In this document: in pieces, positions 25,564-36,810 of the stretch
Numbering within the stretch: position 1 is the stretch's first letter
How the letters are laid out: each line of letters starts with the position of its first letter
Assembly: GCA_963756685.1 (NCBI GenBank)
Contig: CAVWON010000007.1
Location: forward strand, 85,841-149,840
Direction of reading: 5' to 3'
DNA: 64,000 bases
Origin: an uncultured Acidobacteriaceae bacterium
GTDB taxonomy: Bacteria; Acidobacteriota; Terriglobia; Terriglobales; Acidobacteriaceae
Program-made: the position numbers and the translations under genes
Notes under the pieces: model-generated
What the model was told of the DNA's origin: nothing
Database searches by the model: none
What the model saw: the letters and a program-made list of their open reading frames with translations, nothing else

Positions 25564-28217
25564 CTAGTGGACGGTGCAGACGAGAATCGTCATGTCGTCG
25601 TGCTGGGGAGCACCGTCTGTGAATTTGTCTGCGGCGGTGAGGACGCAATCCAGTAATTGCTGGGCACTGTGAGTGCAGTCGCGCTGATTGAGGAGTTGCT
25701 GGGCGCAGGCAACCATGCGGTCTTCGCTCCACTCCTCGTCGGCGTGGTTCATGGCTTCGGAGATGCCGTCGGAGTAGGTGAGAAGGACGTCGCCGGATTG
25801 CATAAGGATAGTGGCCTGGGCGTATTCGGAGTCTGGAAGAAGACCGACTACCGTTCCGGTCGCTTCAAGTGGGATGACCTGGTTCCGCGAAGAACGTAGG
25901 GAGGATTGTGCCCGGCGTTGACGAAGGTGAGAAGACGAGCGGCGGGGTCGTACTCGGCGTAGAAGAAGGTGGCGTAGCGGTTGGCCGTAGAGGACTCATA
26001 GACGAGATTATTGACGCGGCGAATGAGCGTGGCAACGTCGCTCTGCTGGAGGGACGCTATGCTGCGGAGGCTGGCGCGCAGACTCGCCATCAGAAGCGCG
26101 GCAGAGATGCCTTTGCCGGAGATATCGCCCAGAGCCAAGGCGAGACGTCCGTCACCCAGGACGAAGAAGTCGTAGTAGTCGCCCCCAACGGCGTGAGCGG
26201 GACGACAGTATCCGGCGAGGTCTACGCCGTCGACTTTGGGGTAGCTCTGGGGGAAGAGACGCTCCTGCACCTCGCGGGCAATCTCGAGGTCCCGGGAGAC
26301 GCGCTCGCGCTGGGTGATCTCGGTGGTCAGACTTTCGAGGAGTTCAGCGTTTTCGAGGGCGAGGCCGGTTTGCGAGGCGATGGTCTGGAGGAGTTGACGG
26401 TCGGTCTTTGTGTAAGGCTCTTCGGAGCGCTTGGGGCCCAGAGCAATGACGCCGGCGAGGCGATTCCGTCCTGGGAGGGGGACGAGTAGTTCTGTAGAAA
26501 GGTCGGCCAGAGCAGTACGTTCGGCGTCAGTGGCGTCGACGAGCCAGCTGGAGGGATCGTCGCGGTAGACGTTGGCGGGGGTCTTGGCGCGGCTCAGGGT
26601 CGCAATGGTTTTGGAGGTAGCGGGGAGGGCGAAGATCCCTGCAGTGCCGGGCAAAAGCGAGCCGCCAGTAGCTAGTTGCAAGCGGAAAGTGTCCCCGGCG
26701 CGTAGAAAGACGGCGATGCGATCAATGTGAAGAGTGTCGCCGAGACGTTGTGTGATTGTCCTTATGAGAGGAGCAACTTCGGTGAAGTTGCGCGCCTCTT
26801 CGGAGAGCTCGGAGAGGAGTTGCTCGGTGGAGTAGGCCTCGCGAAAGAAACGCTGATCGATGCTTTGCTGGAGGCGTTTGGAAAGTCTAAAGCGGAATGC
26901 AAAAAAAATGCTGAGAATACCGAAGATCCGAACGATGTCGACGTTGCGCTGCTGGCCCGGGTGTTGAAAGAAATCCTTAAGTGACAGCGCGAGCCAAATG
27001 CCGAGGAGCATTCGAATGACGTTGATGGACTGGCGAGCGAGGGCGTAGCGAGTACCCTGGCGAATGAGGAGGCGAACGTCGACGGCGCGATGGACGATGA
27101 CGGCGTATGCAAGGGACAACGGGAAGAGCAGAAGGATGAAAAGTGAGAGAAAGATGATCCATCGTGGGACGTCCTGGCCTACGTCCTTGCTGCGGACGAT
27201 GGAGATCACGATGAGAATGAAAAAAGGCGTAAGCCCAGCGGCAGCACCGTAGTAGAGGACCTTCAACCGCCGCCGGGCGTCTCCGGTGGCCCTCCCCATC
27301 TTGGCGGCTATGGTCGCAAAGAAGTAGAAGATCGCCAAGATGCTGAAAACATTCTCAACCAGGTTGATCTTCATCGCCCACGGGTCAAGAAAAGCATCGA
27401 GATTGAAGTTGTAGGTGTGTCCGAAGCTGGTCAGGAAATCAGCAGGAACGAGCGCGAGAATCGGAGTGATGAGGACCCATTTGATCCAGGGCGCACGGGT
27501 ATCCAAAATGGACCGTTGTGGGAAGTAGATGCCAAATAGCATGAGGCAGATCGGCATCGCAGTCTGGGCAACGATATTCCATATCAGCGCGATCGGAGTG
27601 AGTCGTCCGTGGAACTGATTCTGCGAGAAGAAAATTGTGGGCAGATAGGCGAGTATGCCGAGAATGAGCCACGCATGGAAGTTGCGAGGGCGGGCAAAGA
27701 CGGTGTACAGGCCAACGAGCATGCAAAAGAAGGGGAGGAGGATGAAAGCGGACTGAATGACCCAGGCCCAGACGGGGGCAACCGATGGACGCTGGGGCGC
27801 AAGCGCAAAATTGATGGTCGCCTCGGCGTTGTCGGGACGCAGGATAGTGAGAGACATTAGCTGACCGGGTCGGCTGCGCCGCAGTTCATCGAGAAGAACG
27901 ATAGCTCCAGTTAAAGGGCGATGGTTAACGTCGACGACGGCATCGCCGACGCTGAGGCCGGCTGCCTCCGCCTCGGGCATCGCAAGGGTAACTGTGACAG
28001 CGGTATCGCCCGGACGGCGGCCTGCCTCCATCGCCTCCGGAGTGGTGAGGCGAACCGCGTGGCCGATCATGCCTTGAAAGAAGGGGATCCGAGCGCGGAG
28101 GGTACCGTTTGCGAGGTTGTCAAAACTATTTGCTGCACCCAGGTAGAAGTGACTGAGCGCGAAGATGGTCACGAGCGCAAGAAGAGCGTACTGGAGGCGG
28201 GCGGCTCTCTGGAGCAT
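25564..28217 (-). CDS. Membrane PDZ + GAF + SpoIIE/RsbU (PP2C) phosphatase; frameshifted near 25875
   Basis: PDZ-like AGL..GD, several TM helices, GAF-like region, VGGDYYDF, GDISGKG, NAGHNPP, YSDGISEA and DDMT motifs. Confidence 0.9.
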
Positions 28218-28275
28218 AGGAGGCTGGATGCATGGTAGCAGCCAGCCTTTGGCTTTGTAGCGGGTTTTTCAGCAA

Positions 28276-28584
28276 CTACTTCTTGGGGTGGCTTGCGATG
28301 ATCTTGTCCTTGATCTTGTCGTAGGTGGCCTGAGGAAGGATGCCGCGGGTGACGAGCTGGTTCTTGGCGGTATAAGGGCGGCCGTCAATGATGCGCTTGG
28401 AGTAGGCGTCTCCGATGCCGGGGAAGGCCTTGAGCTGGTCGGCAGTAGCGGTGTTAATGTCGAGCGGCGCAGCGGTTGCAGCCGCGGTGGCAGCTGCGGG
28501 CTTGGGCGTTTGGGCGACATTGAAGACTGGAGCGACGGCGAACAGGAGTGTGGCGGCAAATAGCTTGCGGCGAAGATTGAACAT
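28276..28584 (-). CDS. Secreted ComEA-like helix-hairpin-helix protein
   Basis: Signal peptide; [18 protein letters not shown]...IIDGRPY. Confidence 0.88.
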   Translation of the reverse strand: MFNLRRKLFAATLLFAVAPVFNVAQTPKPAAATAAATAAPLDINTATADQLKAFPGIGDAYSKRIIDGRPYTAKNQLVTRGILPQATYDKIKDKIIASHPKK

Positions 28585-28707
28585 CGGAGGTCTCCTTGTG
28601 CGTATGGGTGCCTTACTGCGGAAGAGTACGAGAGCGGGCTGGGCGCGTCAATGAGCAAGTTTGCGCTTTGTTATTGGGTAAGATTTTGCCACTGGGTAGA
28701 GAGTGGG

Positions 28708-28736
28708 TTGACTTCTCAAAGCTCAAAAGCTACTCT
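28708..28736 (+). promoter_or_regulatory. sigma70 promoter of the his operon
   Basis: TTGACT-17nt-TACTCT immediately before the leader ORF. Confidence 0.7.
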
Positions 28737-28745
28737 GAGATGGAG

Positions 28746-28829
28746 ATGAGCACGCTGCACCTCCATCACGGGCATCACCATCATCACGCGACGAGCGTGT
28801 TGGCGGCCGTGTCCGATGTGGCGAAGTAA
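28746..28829 (+). CDS. hisL: his operon leader peptide MSTLHLHHGHHHHHATSVLAAVSDVAK
   Basis: 8 His codons within 10 codons, upstream of a terminator and hisI. Confidence 0.88.
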   Translation: MSTLHLHHGHHHHHATSVLAAVSDVAK

Positions 28830-28851
28830 CGAACGCTTACTCAGGATTTCG

Positions 28852-28893
28852 AAAGGCCCGCTAACGCGCACACCGCGAGCGGGCCTTTTTCTT
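28852..28893 (+). terminator. his attenuator terminator
   Basis: AAAGGCCCGCT...AGCGGGCCTTTTTCTT; its 5' arm (28858-28869) can alternatively pair with 28795-28806. Confidence 0.85.
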
Positions 28894-28920
28894 GCGTCAG
28901 GACGATTGGGAGAGATGACA

Positions 28921-29271
28921 ATGATTGATACGGTAAAGATCGATTTTGCAAAGACGGATGGCCTGGTTCCGGGCATCGTCCAGGACGCGAGGACGGGCGA
29001 GATACTGATGCTCGGCTTCTTGAACGAAGTAAGTTACGCGAAGACACTCGAGACGGGGTTTGTCACGTTTTGGAGCCGGACGCGGCAGAAGCTTTGGATG
29101 AAGGGCGAGACCAGCGGCAACCGGTTGCGAGTGATCCAGGCTTCGACCGACTGCGACAATGATGCGTTGCTCTTCAGAGTCGAGGTCGAAGGCGATGGAT
29201 TGGTTTGCCACGAGGGTACGGTGAGTTGCTTTACGAAAAATATTGGCCTGAATGCGGAGGAGACGAAGTGA
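28921..29271 (+). CDS. hisI: Phosphoribosyl-AMP cyclohydrolase (no HisE domain)
   Basis: [32 protein letters not shown] and CHEG..SCF motifs. Confidence 0.95.
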   Translation: MIDTVKIDFAKTDGLVPGIVQDARTGEILMLGFLNEVSYAKTLETGFVTFWSRTRQKLWMKGETSGNRLRVIQASTDCDNDALLFRVEVEGDGLVCHEGTVSCFTKNIGLNAEETK

Positions 29272-30149
29272 GCGAGACGAAGAAACTGAAGCTGGGGATT
29301 CCGAAGGGCAGCCTGCAGGACGCGACGATTGCGCTATTTGAAAGGGCCGGTTGGCGGATCTTTGCGAATGGGAGGAGCTACTTCCCTTCCGTCGACGACA
29401 CCGAGATCGAATGCATGCTGGTGCGGGCTCAGGAGATGGCACGGTATGTCGAGCATGGCGCACTGGACGCTGGATTGACAGGAAATGACTGGGTGATGGA
29501 GAACGAGACGGACGTTGAGTATGTCACGAGTCTTACGTATTCGAAGCAGAGCCGACAGAAGGTGAAGTGGGTGCTGGCAGTCCCTGAGGATTCGCCGTTC
29601 CAGAAGCCCGAAGATTTGGCGGGGAAGATCATTGCTACCGAGTTGGTCGAGTTTACGAAGCGGTATTTTGCCGGGAAGGACATTCCAGTGACGGTGGAGT
29701 TCAGTTGGGGTGCGACTGAGGTGAAGCCACCTACGCTGGCCGATGCGATCGTGGAGGTCACCGAGACGGGATCTTCGCTGCGGGCAAACCGGCTGCGGAT
29801 TATTGAGACGCTGATGGAGAGCGAGACACAGCTAATCGCAAATAAATCCGCTTATAAAGACGAGTGGAAGCGCAAGAAAATCGACAATATATCGTTGATG
29901 CTGAACGCGGCGATTGCAGCGCAGGGGCGCGTGGGTTTGATGCTGAATGCGCGGAAGACCGATCTGGAGAAGGTCGTTGGCGTGCTGCCGGCGTTGAATT
30001 CACCAACGGTGTCGCAGCTGAGCGATGCCGATTGGGTAGCCCTGAATACGATTCTGGATGAGGCGCTGGTACGCGACGTGATTCCGAGGCTGAAGGCAGC
30101 GGGAGCTACGGGAATTGTGGAGTATCCGCTGAGCAAGGTCGTGCTCTAA
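29268..30149 (+). CDS. hisG: ATP phosphoribosyltransferase, long form
   Basis: [29 protein letters not shown] motifs and C-terminal regulatory domain. Confidence 0.96.
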   Translation: MSETKKLKLGIPKGSLQDATIALFERAGWRIFANGRSYFPSVDDTEIECMLVRAQEMARYVEHGALDAGLTGNDWVMENETDVEYVTSLTYSKQSRQKVKWVLAVPEDSPFQKPEDLAGKIIATELVEFTKRYFAGKDIPVTVEFSWGATEVKPPTLADAIVEVTETGSSLRANRLRIIETLMESETQLIANKSAYKDEWKRKKIDNISLMLNAAIAAQGRVGLMLNARKTDLEKVVGVLPALNSPTVSQLSDADWVALNTILDEALVRDVIPRLKAAGATGIVEYPLSKVVL

Positions 30150-30208
30150 GAAGGCGCACTTGGTTTGAAGCTCTGTTGCACGCTACGACTGATTATTGGA
30201 GTTCCGTG

Positions 30209-31474
30209 ATGAAGCTAGTGAAGACCTTTGGCCGGGGCAAAGCGACCGCGATGGCGTTGATAGAGACGCTGGAGCGGCGCGGGGCCGTAAGTACGGCGCG
30301 CGTCGAGCCGGTGGTGCGGCGCATTCTTGCGGAGGTCCGTAGGGGTGGAGATCGATCGCTGCTAACGTATGCTGCCAAGTTCGATGGACTAAGGAAGGGG
30401 CAGGCGCTGCTGGTATCCCGCGAGGAGATGAAGGCCGCGTGGGAGGCGACGACGCCGAAGTTGCAGGCCGCGATGATGGTGGCACGTGGAAATATTCTCG
30501 CGTTCGCAGAGGCGCAGCTGCCGCAGGAGTGGACGATCTCTCCGATAGCGGGAGTAAGAACGGGACAGATTTTTCGACCGCTGGGGAGTGTGGGTTGCTA
30601 TGTACCGGGAGGGCGGTATCCGCTGCCTTCGACGCTGTTGATGACAGTGACTCCCGCGCAGGTGGCCGGAGTTGAACGGATTGTGGTTTGTTCTCCTAAG
30701 CCCGCGAAGGAGACGATGGCGGCGGCATGGCTGGCCGGTGTGATGGAGTTTTATCGCGTAGGTGGCGCACAGGCTATTGCGGCGATGGCGTATGGGACGG
30801 CCACAGTTGGACGCGTCGATAAGATCGTGGGGCCAGGAAATTTGTATGTGACAGCCGCTAAGATACTTGCTTCGAGCGAGTGCGGGATCGACATGCCCGC
30901 CGGCCCGACCGAGATTGTAGTCACAAGCGAGATTGGAAGCGCAGCTGGGATTGCGGCGGACCTGGTCGCGCAGGCGGAGCATGATCCTGAGACACTCGCA
31001 TTGTTGATCACAAGCAACGAGGTATTGGCGCGGGAGGTTGCGACTAATGTCAAGGCGCGGGCGAGGGGAAACACGATTGCAAGCCAGTCGCTGGCCGCAC
31101 AGGGTTGCATATTTGTAACCGCGACGGCCCGCGAGGCGCAGGAACTGACGAATCGGCTGGCGCCGGAGCACTTGACAGTGGATGCGACCAACGATCTGGA
31201 GTGGGTGCAGAATGCCGGATCGGTGTTTGTAGGCGACTGGTCGCCACAGTCGATGGGGGACTATATCTCCGGGCCGAACCACGTACTGCCTACGGGACGG
31301 GTTGGACGTATTCGTGGAGGGTTGAGCGTGATGGATTTTGTGAAAGTGATTACAGTGCAGCAGTACACGCACAAAGGGCTCAAGCAGTTAGGCCCGCACG
31401 CGATTGCGCTGGCTGAGGCCGAAGGTTTGACTGGACACGCGGAAAGCGTTCGAGTGAGGATGGGACTATTGTGA
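30209..31474 (+). CDS. hisD: Histidinol dehydrogenase
   Basis: YVPGG, GPGNLYV, IDMPAGPTE, AQAEHD, APEHL and GPNHVLPT motifs. Confidence 0.97.
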   Translation: MKLVKTFGRGKATAMALIETLERRGAVSTARVEPVVRRILAEVRRGGDRSLLTYAAKFDGLRKGQALLVSREEMKAAWEATTPKLQAAMMVARGNILAFAEAQLPQEWTISPIAGVRTGQIFRPLGSVGCYVPGGRYPLPSTLLMTVTPAQVAGVERIVVCSPKPAKETMAAAWLAGVMEFYRVGGAQAIAAMAYGTATVGRVDKIVGPGNLYVTAAKILASSECGIDMPAGPTEIVVTSEIGSAAGIAADLVAQAEHDPETLALLITSNEVLAREVATNVKARARGNTIASQSLAAQGCIFVTATAREAQELTNRLAPEHLTVDATNDLEWVQNAGSVFVGDWSPQSMGDYISGPNHVLPTGRVGRIRGGLSVMDFVKVITVQQYTHKGLKQLGPHAIALAEAEGLTGHAESVRVRMGLL

Positions 31475-32613
31475 CTGATACTGCTACAAATGCAGGAATA
31501 ATAAGGCCGCGTAAGGCCGTGTTGGAGATGCCGGAATACCATCCCCCATTGGCGGGGCGTACGGCGTTGCGGCTGGACTTCAATGAAAATACCTTTGGAC
31601 CTTCTCCGCGAGTGATAGATAGACTTCGTGCAGTGACTGCGGAGGAGTTGACTAAGTATCCGGAACGGGAGCCGGTGGAGCGAATTGTTGCGAAACACTT
31701 TGGGTTGCAAGCTGAGCAGGTGCTGCTAACCAACGGTGTGGATGAAGCGATCCACCTGATCTGCTCTGCATTCCTGGAGGCGGAGGACGAAGCGCTGATC
31801 GCGACGCCTTCGTTCTTCATGTATGACGTGAACGCACAGATGATGACACCGCATCTGCGCAAGGTGCAGTCGGACGCGTCTCTAGGGTTTCCGTTTGAAC
31901 GATTTATGGCAGCGATTACAGAGCGAACGAAGCTGATTATCGTGGCTTCACCGAATAATCCTACGGGAGCGGTGGTGAGCAGAGAGCATCTGTTGGCAAT
32001 TGCCGCGGCGGCCCCGGAGGCAGTTCTGATGGTAGATGAGGCTTACTACCACTTTGACGGGGCGTCGGTGATGGGCGATTTGACGACCGTTCCGAACCTA
32101 ATTGTGGCGCGGACGTTCTCAAAAGCGTATGGGTTGGCGAATCTGCGGATCGGCATGTTAGCGGGGAACGCTGAACTGTTGAAGTATGTGCGAAAGGTGA
32201 GTTCGCCGTACAACGTGAATGGTATCGCGCTGGATTGTCTTTCGGTCGCAATCGAAGATGAGGCTTACCTGACTTGGTACGTTGAACAGGTGCGCGTCGG
32301 GCGTGAACGAATGATGGGCGGGTTGGCCGAGTTGGGCGTGCCGTACTTCCCTAGCGCTGCGAACTTTGTGCTGATGAAGATTGGGCCAAAGCATAAAGAA
32401 CTGGTAGCGGCAATGCGTGCCCATGGAGTGCTGCTGAGGGACTGGTCGACTGATCCGGGTTGCGATGGGTTCGTGCGCATCACGATTGGGTTGGAAGAGC
32501 ACGTGACGCGCGGATTGGAGGCGCTCCGTGCTTCGCTCGATGAAGTTGGATGGGAGCAGGTTAGATCTTCGGCGAGCGATGGAACGAGCGGGGATGTGCG
32601 GGAGTTTGAATAA
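31471..32613 (+). CDS. hisC: Histidinol-phosphate aminotransferase
   Basis: LDFNEN, SPNNPTG, DEAY and [14 protein letters not shown] motifs. Confidence 0.95.
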   Translation: MTDTATNAGIIRPRKAVLEMPEYHPPLAGRTALRLDFNENTFGPSPRVIDRLRAVTAEELTKYPEREPVERIVAKHFGLQAEQVLLTNGVDEAIHLICSAFLEAEDEALIATPSFFMYDVNAQMMTPHLRKVQSDASLGFPFERFMAAITERTKLIIVASPNNPTGAVVSREHLLAIAAAAPEAVLMVDEAYYHFDGASVMGDLTTVPNLIVARTFSKAYGLANLRIGMLAGNAELLKYVRKVSSPYNVNGIALDCLSVAIEDEAYLTWYVEQVRVGRERMMGGLAELGVPYFPSAANFVLMKIGPKHKELVAAMRAHGVLLRDWSTDPGCDGFVRITIGLEEHVTRGLEALRASLDEVGWEQVRSSASDGTSGDVREFE

Positions 32614-33212
32614 TGACTGAGAGCGTGCGGAGTGCGACGATCAAGCGGGACACGACCGAGACGCAGATTGCGCTGAAGCTTGTCGTCGATGGACAGGGTA
32701 TTTATAAGGTATCGACGGGGATCCGGTTCTTCGATCACATGCTGGAGTTGTTTACGCGGCATGGTGGATTTGACCTGACGCTGAAGTGCACTGGCGATCT
32801 GGATGTCGATCAACACCACACCGTCGAGGACGTCGGGATTGCGCTGGGCGAGGCGTTTGGCAAAGCGCTGGGCGATAAGAAAGGAATTATGCGCGCCGGA
32901 TACTTTGTGATGGCGATGGATGAGACGCTGGCCGTGGCGGCGGTAGATTTGAGTGGGCGGGTCGCTTATGTCGTCGATGACAAGGTTAAGGTGCGGTTGG
33001 TCGGGGACTTTCAGAGCGAGTTACTGGCGGATTTCTTCGATGGGTTTGCGCGCGGGGCCAAGGCAAATGTGCATGTGAAGACGATGTACGGACGCTCCAA
33101 TCATCACAAGATCGAGGCGATCTTCAAGGCGTTTGCGCGGGCACTGCGCGGGGCTTGCTCGCGTGATGAACGGATGCGAGAGATGCTGCCTAGCACGAAG
33201 GGCTTGTTGTGA
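32613..33212 (+). CDS. hisB: Imidazoleglycerol-phosphate dehydratase (monofunctional)
   Basis: [17 protein letters not shown] and [11 protein letters not shown] motifs. Confidence 0.97.
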   Translation: MTESVRSATIKRDTTETQIALKLVVDGQGIYKVSTGIRFFDHMLELFTRHGGFDLTLKCTGDLDVDQHHTVEDVGIALGEAFGKALGDKKGIMRAGYFVMAMDETLAVAAVDLSGRVAYVVDDKVKVRLVGDFQSELLADFFDGFARGAKANVHVKTMYGRSNHHKIEAIFKAFARALRGACSRDERMREMLPSTKGLL

Positions 33213-33818
33213 TCGCCGTCATTGATTACAAGGCGGGAAACCTGACCAGCGTGGTGAAGGCGCTTAATTTTCTGGGCGCGAAAACGCTCGTTACGCAAGA
33301 CCCTGAGGTGGTGCGGGCGACGGGGAAGGTGGTGCTTCCCGGGGTGGGGCACTTTCAGGCTACGTCTTTGTTGCGGGAGTCGGGGCTGACGGAGGCAGTG
33401 CGGGAGAGTGTGGCAAAGGGCGCGTGGTTCCTCGGGATTTGTGTTGGGTTGCAGTGGTTATTTGAAGGTTCGACAGAGGCGCCGGCAATTGCGGGGTTGG
33501 GGCACTTTGCCGGGCGATGTGAGCGCTTCCCTGCTCTGTTTGAGGGGGCGGAGTTGAAGTCGCCGCATGTTGGGTGGAATTCGCTGGAGAGAGTAAGGGC
33601 GGATTCGCGATTGCTGCGTGGGGTGAAGGACGGTGGGTTTGTGTATTACACGCATTCGTGGCGCGCTCCGGTTATCGAGGCGACTGCCGCGGTCACGGGG
33701 TACGGAGGCGAATTTACTGCGGTTGTTGAGCGGGAGAATGTGATGGGAGTGCAGTTTCATCCAGAGAAGTCGAGCGCGGTTGGGCTTCAGGTGCCTGAAG
33801 AATTTTTTGGAGCTTTAG
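33209..33818 (+). CDS. hisH: IGP synthase glutaminase subunit; indel near the 3' end
   Basis: DYKAGNL.SV, LPGVG, GICVGLQ, PHVGWN and QFHPEKS motifs. Confidence 0.96.
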
Positions 33819-34592
33819 ATGCTTACGAAACGGGTGATCGCTTGTCTCGATGTGAGGGGTGGCCGGGTGGTGAAGGGTGTGCAGTTTGTGGACATCGTTG
33901 ATGCGGGGGACCCGGCGGAGCTGGCGCGTCGTCATGCGGCGGCGGGCGCGGACGAGGTTGTGCTGCTGGATATTACGGCGACCCACGAGGGGCGAGGGAC
34001 GCTGCTCGATACGGTGAAGCGGACCGCGGCGACGCTGTTTGTGCCGTTTACGGTTGGGGGAGGGATTCGGTCGGCGGAGGACGCTGCGGCGGTGTTCGAT
34101 GCGGGGGCGGACAAGGTGAGTATCAACTCGTCCGCGATTGCCCGACCGGAGTTGATTGGGGAGATTGGTGGGAGCTTTGGGGCGCAGGCGGTGATTGTGG
34201 CTATCGATGCGCGTCGGGTCGAAGGTGCTTCGGTTGAAGAGGCCGAGGTGTTTGTTAGCGGGGGGCGAAAGGCGACTGGTTTGCGGGTCGTCGATTGGGT
34301 GCGCGAGGCGGAGGAGCGTGGGGCTGGGGAGATTTTGCTGACTTCGATGGACACCGATGGGATGCGCTCGGGTTTCGATTGTGAGTTGACCGCGATGGTG
34401 AGTTCGGCGGTGCAGATTCCGGTGATTGCTTCGGGTGGTGCGGGGACAGCGGGGCACTTTGTTGAGGTTTTTGGACGGGGTAAGGCAGACGCTGCGCTTG
34501 CGGCGAGTATCTTTCACTTCGGCGTGACGGATTCGCGGGAGTTGAAGGCCGAGCTGCAACGGGCCGGTGTGTCAGTGCGACTTCCCTGCTGA
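33819..34592 (+). CDS. hisF: IGP synthase cyclase subunit
   Basis: [35 protein letters not shown] and LAASIFHF motifs. Confidence 0.97.
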   Translation: MLTKRVIACLDVRGGRVVKGVQFVDIVDAGDPAELARRHAAAGADEVVLLDITATHEGRGTLLDTVKRTAATLFVPFTVGGGIRSAEDAAAVFDAGADKVSINSSAIARPELIGEIGGSFGAQAVIVAIDARRVEGASVEEAEVFVSGGRKATGLRVVDWVREAEERGAGEILLTSMDTDGMRSGFDCELTAMVSSAVQIPVIASGGAGTAGHFVEVFGRGKADAALAASIFHFGVTDSRELKAELQRAGVSVRLPC

Positions 34593-34625
34593 TTGTGACT
34601 TGATCGACCTATAGAAGAAGGCTTA

Positions 34626-34730
34626 CCCCGGGGGCTAAAGCCCCATTTCTTTCGGCCTCGAGAGACCCAAGGCTAAAGCCTTGGGCTACCTAGAAGCAAA
34701 GGCAAAAGCAGATCCCCTGTGGGTGACAGC
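34626..34730. repeat. Composite REP cluster (two GGCTAAAGCC hairpins plus a degenerate GCAGATCCC..GGGTGAC unit)
   Basis: Lies between convergent hisF and hisA; shares motifs with 4045-4125 and 38889-39085. Confidence 0.75.
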
Positions 34731-34737
34731 TTGCGGC

Positions 34738-35439
34738 TTAGGCCTCCATTGCGCCGGAGTAGATGGCCATGCCGGCCACTGCGTCGACGCCCATTGCGTC
34801 GAGTGCGTCGATTTCGCTGCGTTCCTTGATTCCTCCGGCTACGATTAATTGTTTTGCGGTGCAGGCCCGGAGGATTGCTGCTACGTCCAGAGGGAAGCCT
34901 TGCATGGTGCCTTCGGTGTCGACGTGGGTGTAGAGGAAGGCGGCGCAGTAGTCTTCCAGCCAGGTGATTGCTTCTTCCGGGGTGAGGTCGACGGAGTCCT
35001 TCCAGCCTTTGATGGCGACCTTGCCGGCCTTTGTGTCGACGCTGAAGACGAGTGTTTCTTCGCCGAGCGTCTTCTTTAGGTCTTCGGCGAATTCGAGACG
35101 GATGAGCTTGTGGCGGCGGGGTTCGCCGGGTCCGGCTGGCCCAAAGAGGCTGGAGCCGTAGATGATTCGCTTTGCGCCGGCTTCGAGCAGGAGCTTGCCG
35201 TCGGCGGCGGTTTTGAGGCCTCCGCCTACCTGACAGGGGAGGCGCTTGCAGATCAACTCGATCAGGCTGCGGTTGTCGCCCTGGCGCATTGCGGCGTCGA
35301 GGTCGATTAGCTGTACGATCGGATATTTTGAGAATCGTTCGATCCAATACTCGAAGTCGTCGAAGGCGAGCTTCAGCTTTTCGCCCTGGACGAGCTGGAC
35401 GATTCGGCCGCCCATTAGATCGATTGAAGGTATTAGCAT
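34738..35439 (-). CDS. hisA: ProFAR isomerase (HisA)
   Basis: LIPSIDL.GG..V.L.QG, DLDAA, QVGGG, FSVD...G.V...GW, EGTMQG and AGGI motifs; adjacent to the his operon. Confidence 0.85.
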   Translation of the reverse strand: MLIPSIDLMGGRIVQLVQGEKLKLAFDDFEYWIERFSKYPIVQLIDLDAAMRQGDNRSLIELICKRLPCQVGGGLKTAADGKLLLEAGAKRIIYGSSLFGPAGPGEPRRHKLIRLEFAEDLKKTLGEETLVFSVDTKAGKVAIKGWKDSVDLTPEEAITWLEDYCAAFLYTHVDTEGTMQGFPLDVAAILRACTAKQLIVAGGIKERSEIDALDAMGVDAVAGMAIYSGAMEA

Positions 35440-35496
35440 TTGTTTTCTTTCCGGTATTCGTTTGTTCTTCTATTTTCGGCCGCTTTGAACTGAGTT

Positions 35497-35656
35497 AACC
35501 GCAGATTCCTCCGCTACGCTGCGGAATGACAACCAAAAAGGACGACTGCTACGACAACAGCAACTGCGACGGCAACAGCAACTGCAACCGCAGATTCCTC
35601 CGCTGCGCTACGGAATGACAAATAAAAAGGGCGCTCACGGAATGACAACCAAAAGG
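35497..35656. repeat. CGTC/TGTC-type palindromic repeats separated by (RCAACN)n-like hexamers
   Basis: AACCGCAGATTCCTCCGCTRCGCTRCGGAATGACAA twice plus a partial third copy. Confidence 0.8.
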
Positions 35657-36655
35657 CTAGCTGAAGCCGAGGACTGGGTGGGGGACGTACGGTTCTTCGA
35701 GGGCGGCGATCTCTTCGGGAGTGAGTTTGATTGAGAGCGCTGCTACCGCGTCTGTGAGGTGATTTGGCTTGGTGGCGCCGACGATTGGTGAGGTGATGAC
35801 AGGTTTGCTCAGCATCCAGGCCAGGGCGAGGGTCGCCATGGGAATGTTGCGTTTTTCGGCTAATTCACCGAGGCGGTCTACTACTTTCTTGTCGGCCTCT
35901 TCGGTTTTCGTGTAGATGGCTTTGGCGAACTGGTCGGTCTCGGTGCGCTTTGTTGTTTCGGAGTTCCAGGGACGGGTGAGTTTGCCACGGGCGAGGGGGC
36001 TCCAGGGGATGACGCCGATATCCTCGGCCTTGCAGAGGCCCATCATCTCGCGCTCTTCTTCGCGGTAGAGGAGGTTGTAGTGGTCCTGCATGGAGATGAA
36101 ACGCGTCCAGTTGTGGAGGTCGGCGATGTAGAGGGCCTTCGCGAACTGCCAGGCGTACATGGACGACGCGCCGATGTAGCGAACCTTGCCGGCCTTGATG
36201 ACGTCGTGGAGGGCTTCCATGGTCTCTTCGATGGGGGTTTCGTAGTCCCAGCGGTGGATTTGATAGAGGTCTACGTAGTCAGTGCCCAGGCGCTTCAGGC
36301 TCTGATCGAGTTCGAAGAAGATTTCTTTGCGGGAGAGACCCTTGCCGTTGGGGCCGTCGCGCATGACGCCGTTCAGTTTGGTGGCAATGACGGTGTCTTC
36401 GCGTTTGGCGTTGGCCTTGAGGAAGCGGCCGAGGAACTCTTCGCTGGAGCCGGTGGAGTAGACGTTGGCGGTGTCGAAGAAGTTGATACCCAGGTCGAGG
36501 GCCTGTTTGAAGAAGGGTTGACTGTCTTCCTCGTTGAGGGCCCAGGCGTGGCTGCCGGGGCGGAGGGGACCGGGAGGGGCGACTCCATAGCTCATGCAGC
36601 CGAGACAGATGCGGGAGACCTTCAGGCCGGTCTTGCCGAGATTGACGTAGTCCAT
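35657..36655 (-). CDS. Aldo/keto reductase
   Basis: LGKTGLKVSRICLGCM, FFDTANVY, LYQIHRWD and PWSPLARG motifs. Confidence 0.95.
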   Translation of the reverse strand: MDYVNLGKTGLKVSRICLGCMSYGVAPPGPLRPGSHAWALNEEDSQPFFKQALDLGINFFDTANVYSTGSSEEFLGRFLKANAKREDTVIATKLNGVMRDGPNGKGLSRKEIFFELDQSLKRLGTDYVDLYQIHRWDYETPIEETMEALHDVIKAGKVRYIGASSMYAWQFAKALYIADLHNWTRFISMQDHYNLLYREEEREMMGLCKAEDIGVIPWSPLARGKLTRPWNSETTKRTETDQFAKAIYTKTEEADKKVVDRLGELAEKRNIPMATLALAWMLSKPVITSPIVGATKPNHLTDAVAALSIKLTPEEIAALEEPYVPHPVLGFS

Positions 36656-36679
36656 TGCGGTTCCTTCGAGTGGGCGGGT

Positions 36680-36810
36680 GGGGGTACCCCCTCCCCCCTT
36701 TGGCTGTGTTTATTGTTTATAATCAATCACTTACAGATAGTGATCCCTCGCAAAAACGTCATAACAAAAGGTTTACAGCTAAATTCGTCTAACGAAACGA
36801 GTTAGCCGTC
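36680..36810. other. Non-coding element: GGGGGTACCCCC palindrome plus C-run, followed by three AT-rich related boxes
   Basis: AATCAATCACTTAC, AACAAAAGGTTTAC and ACGAAACGAGTTAG in a low-GC intergenic region. Confidence 0.45.
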
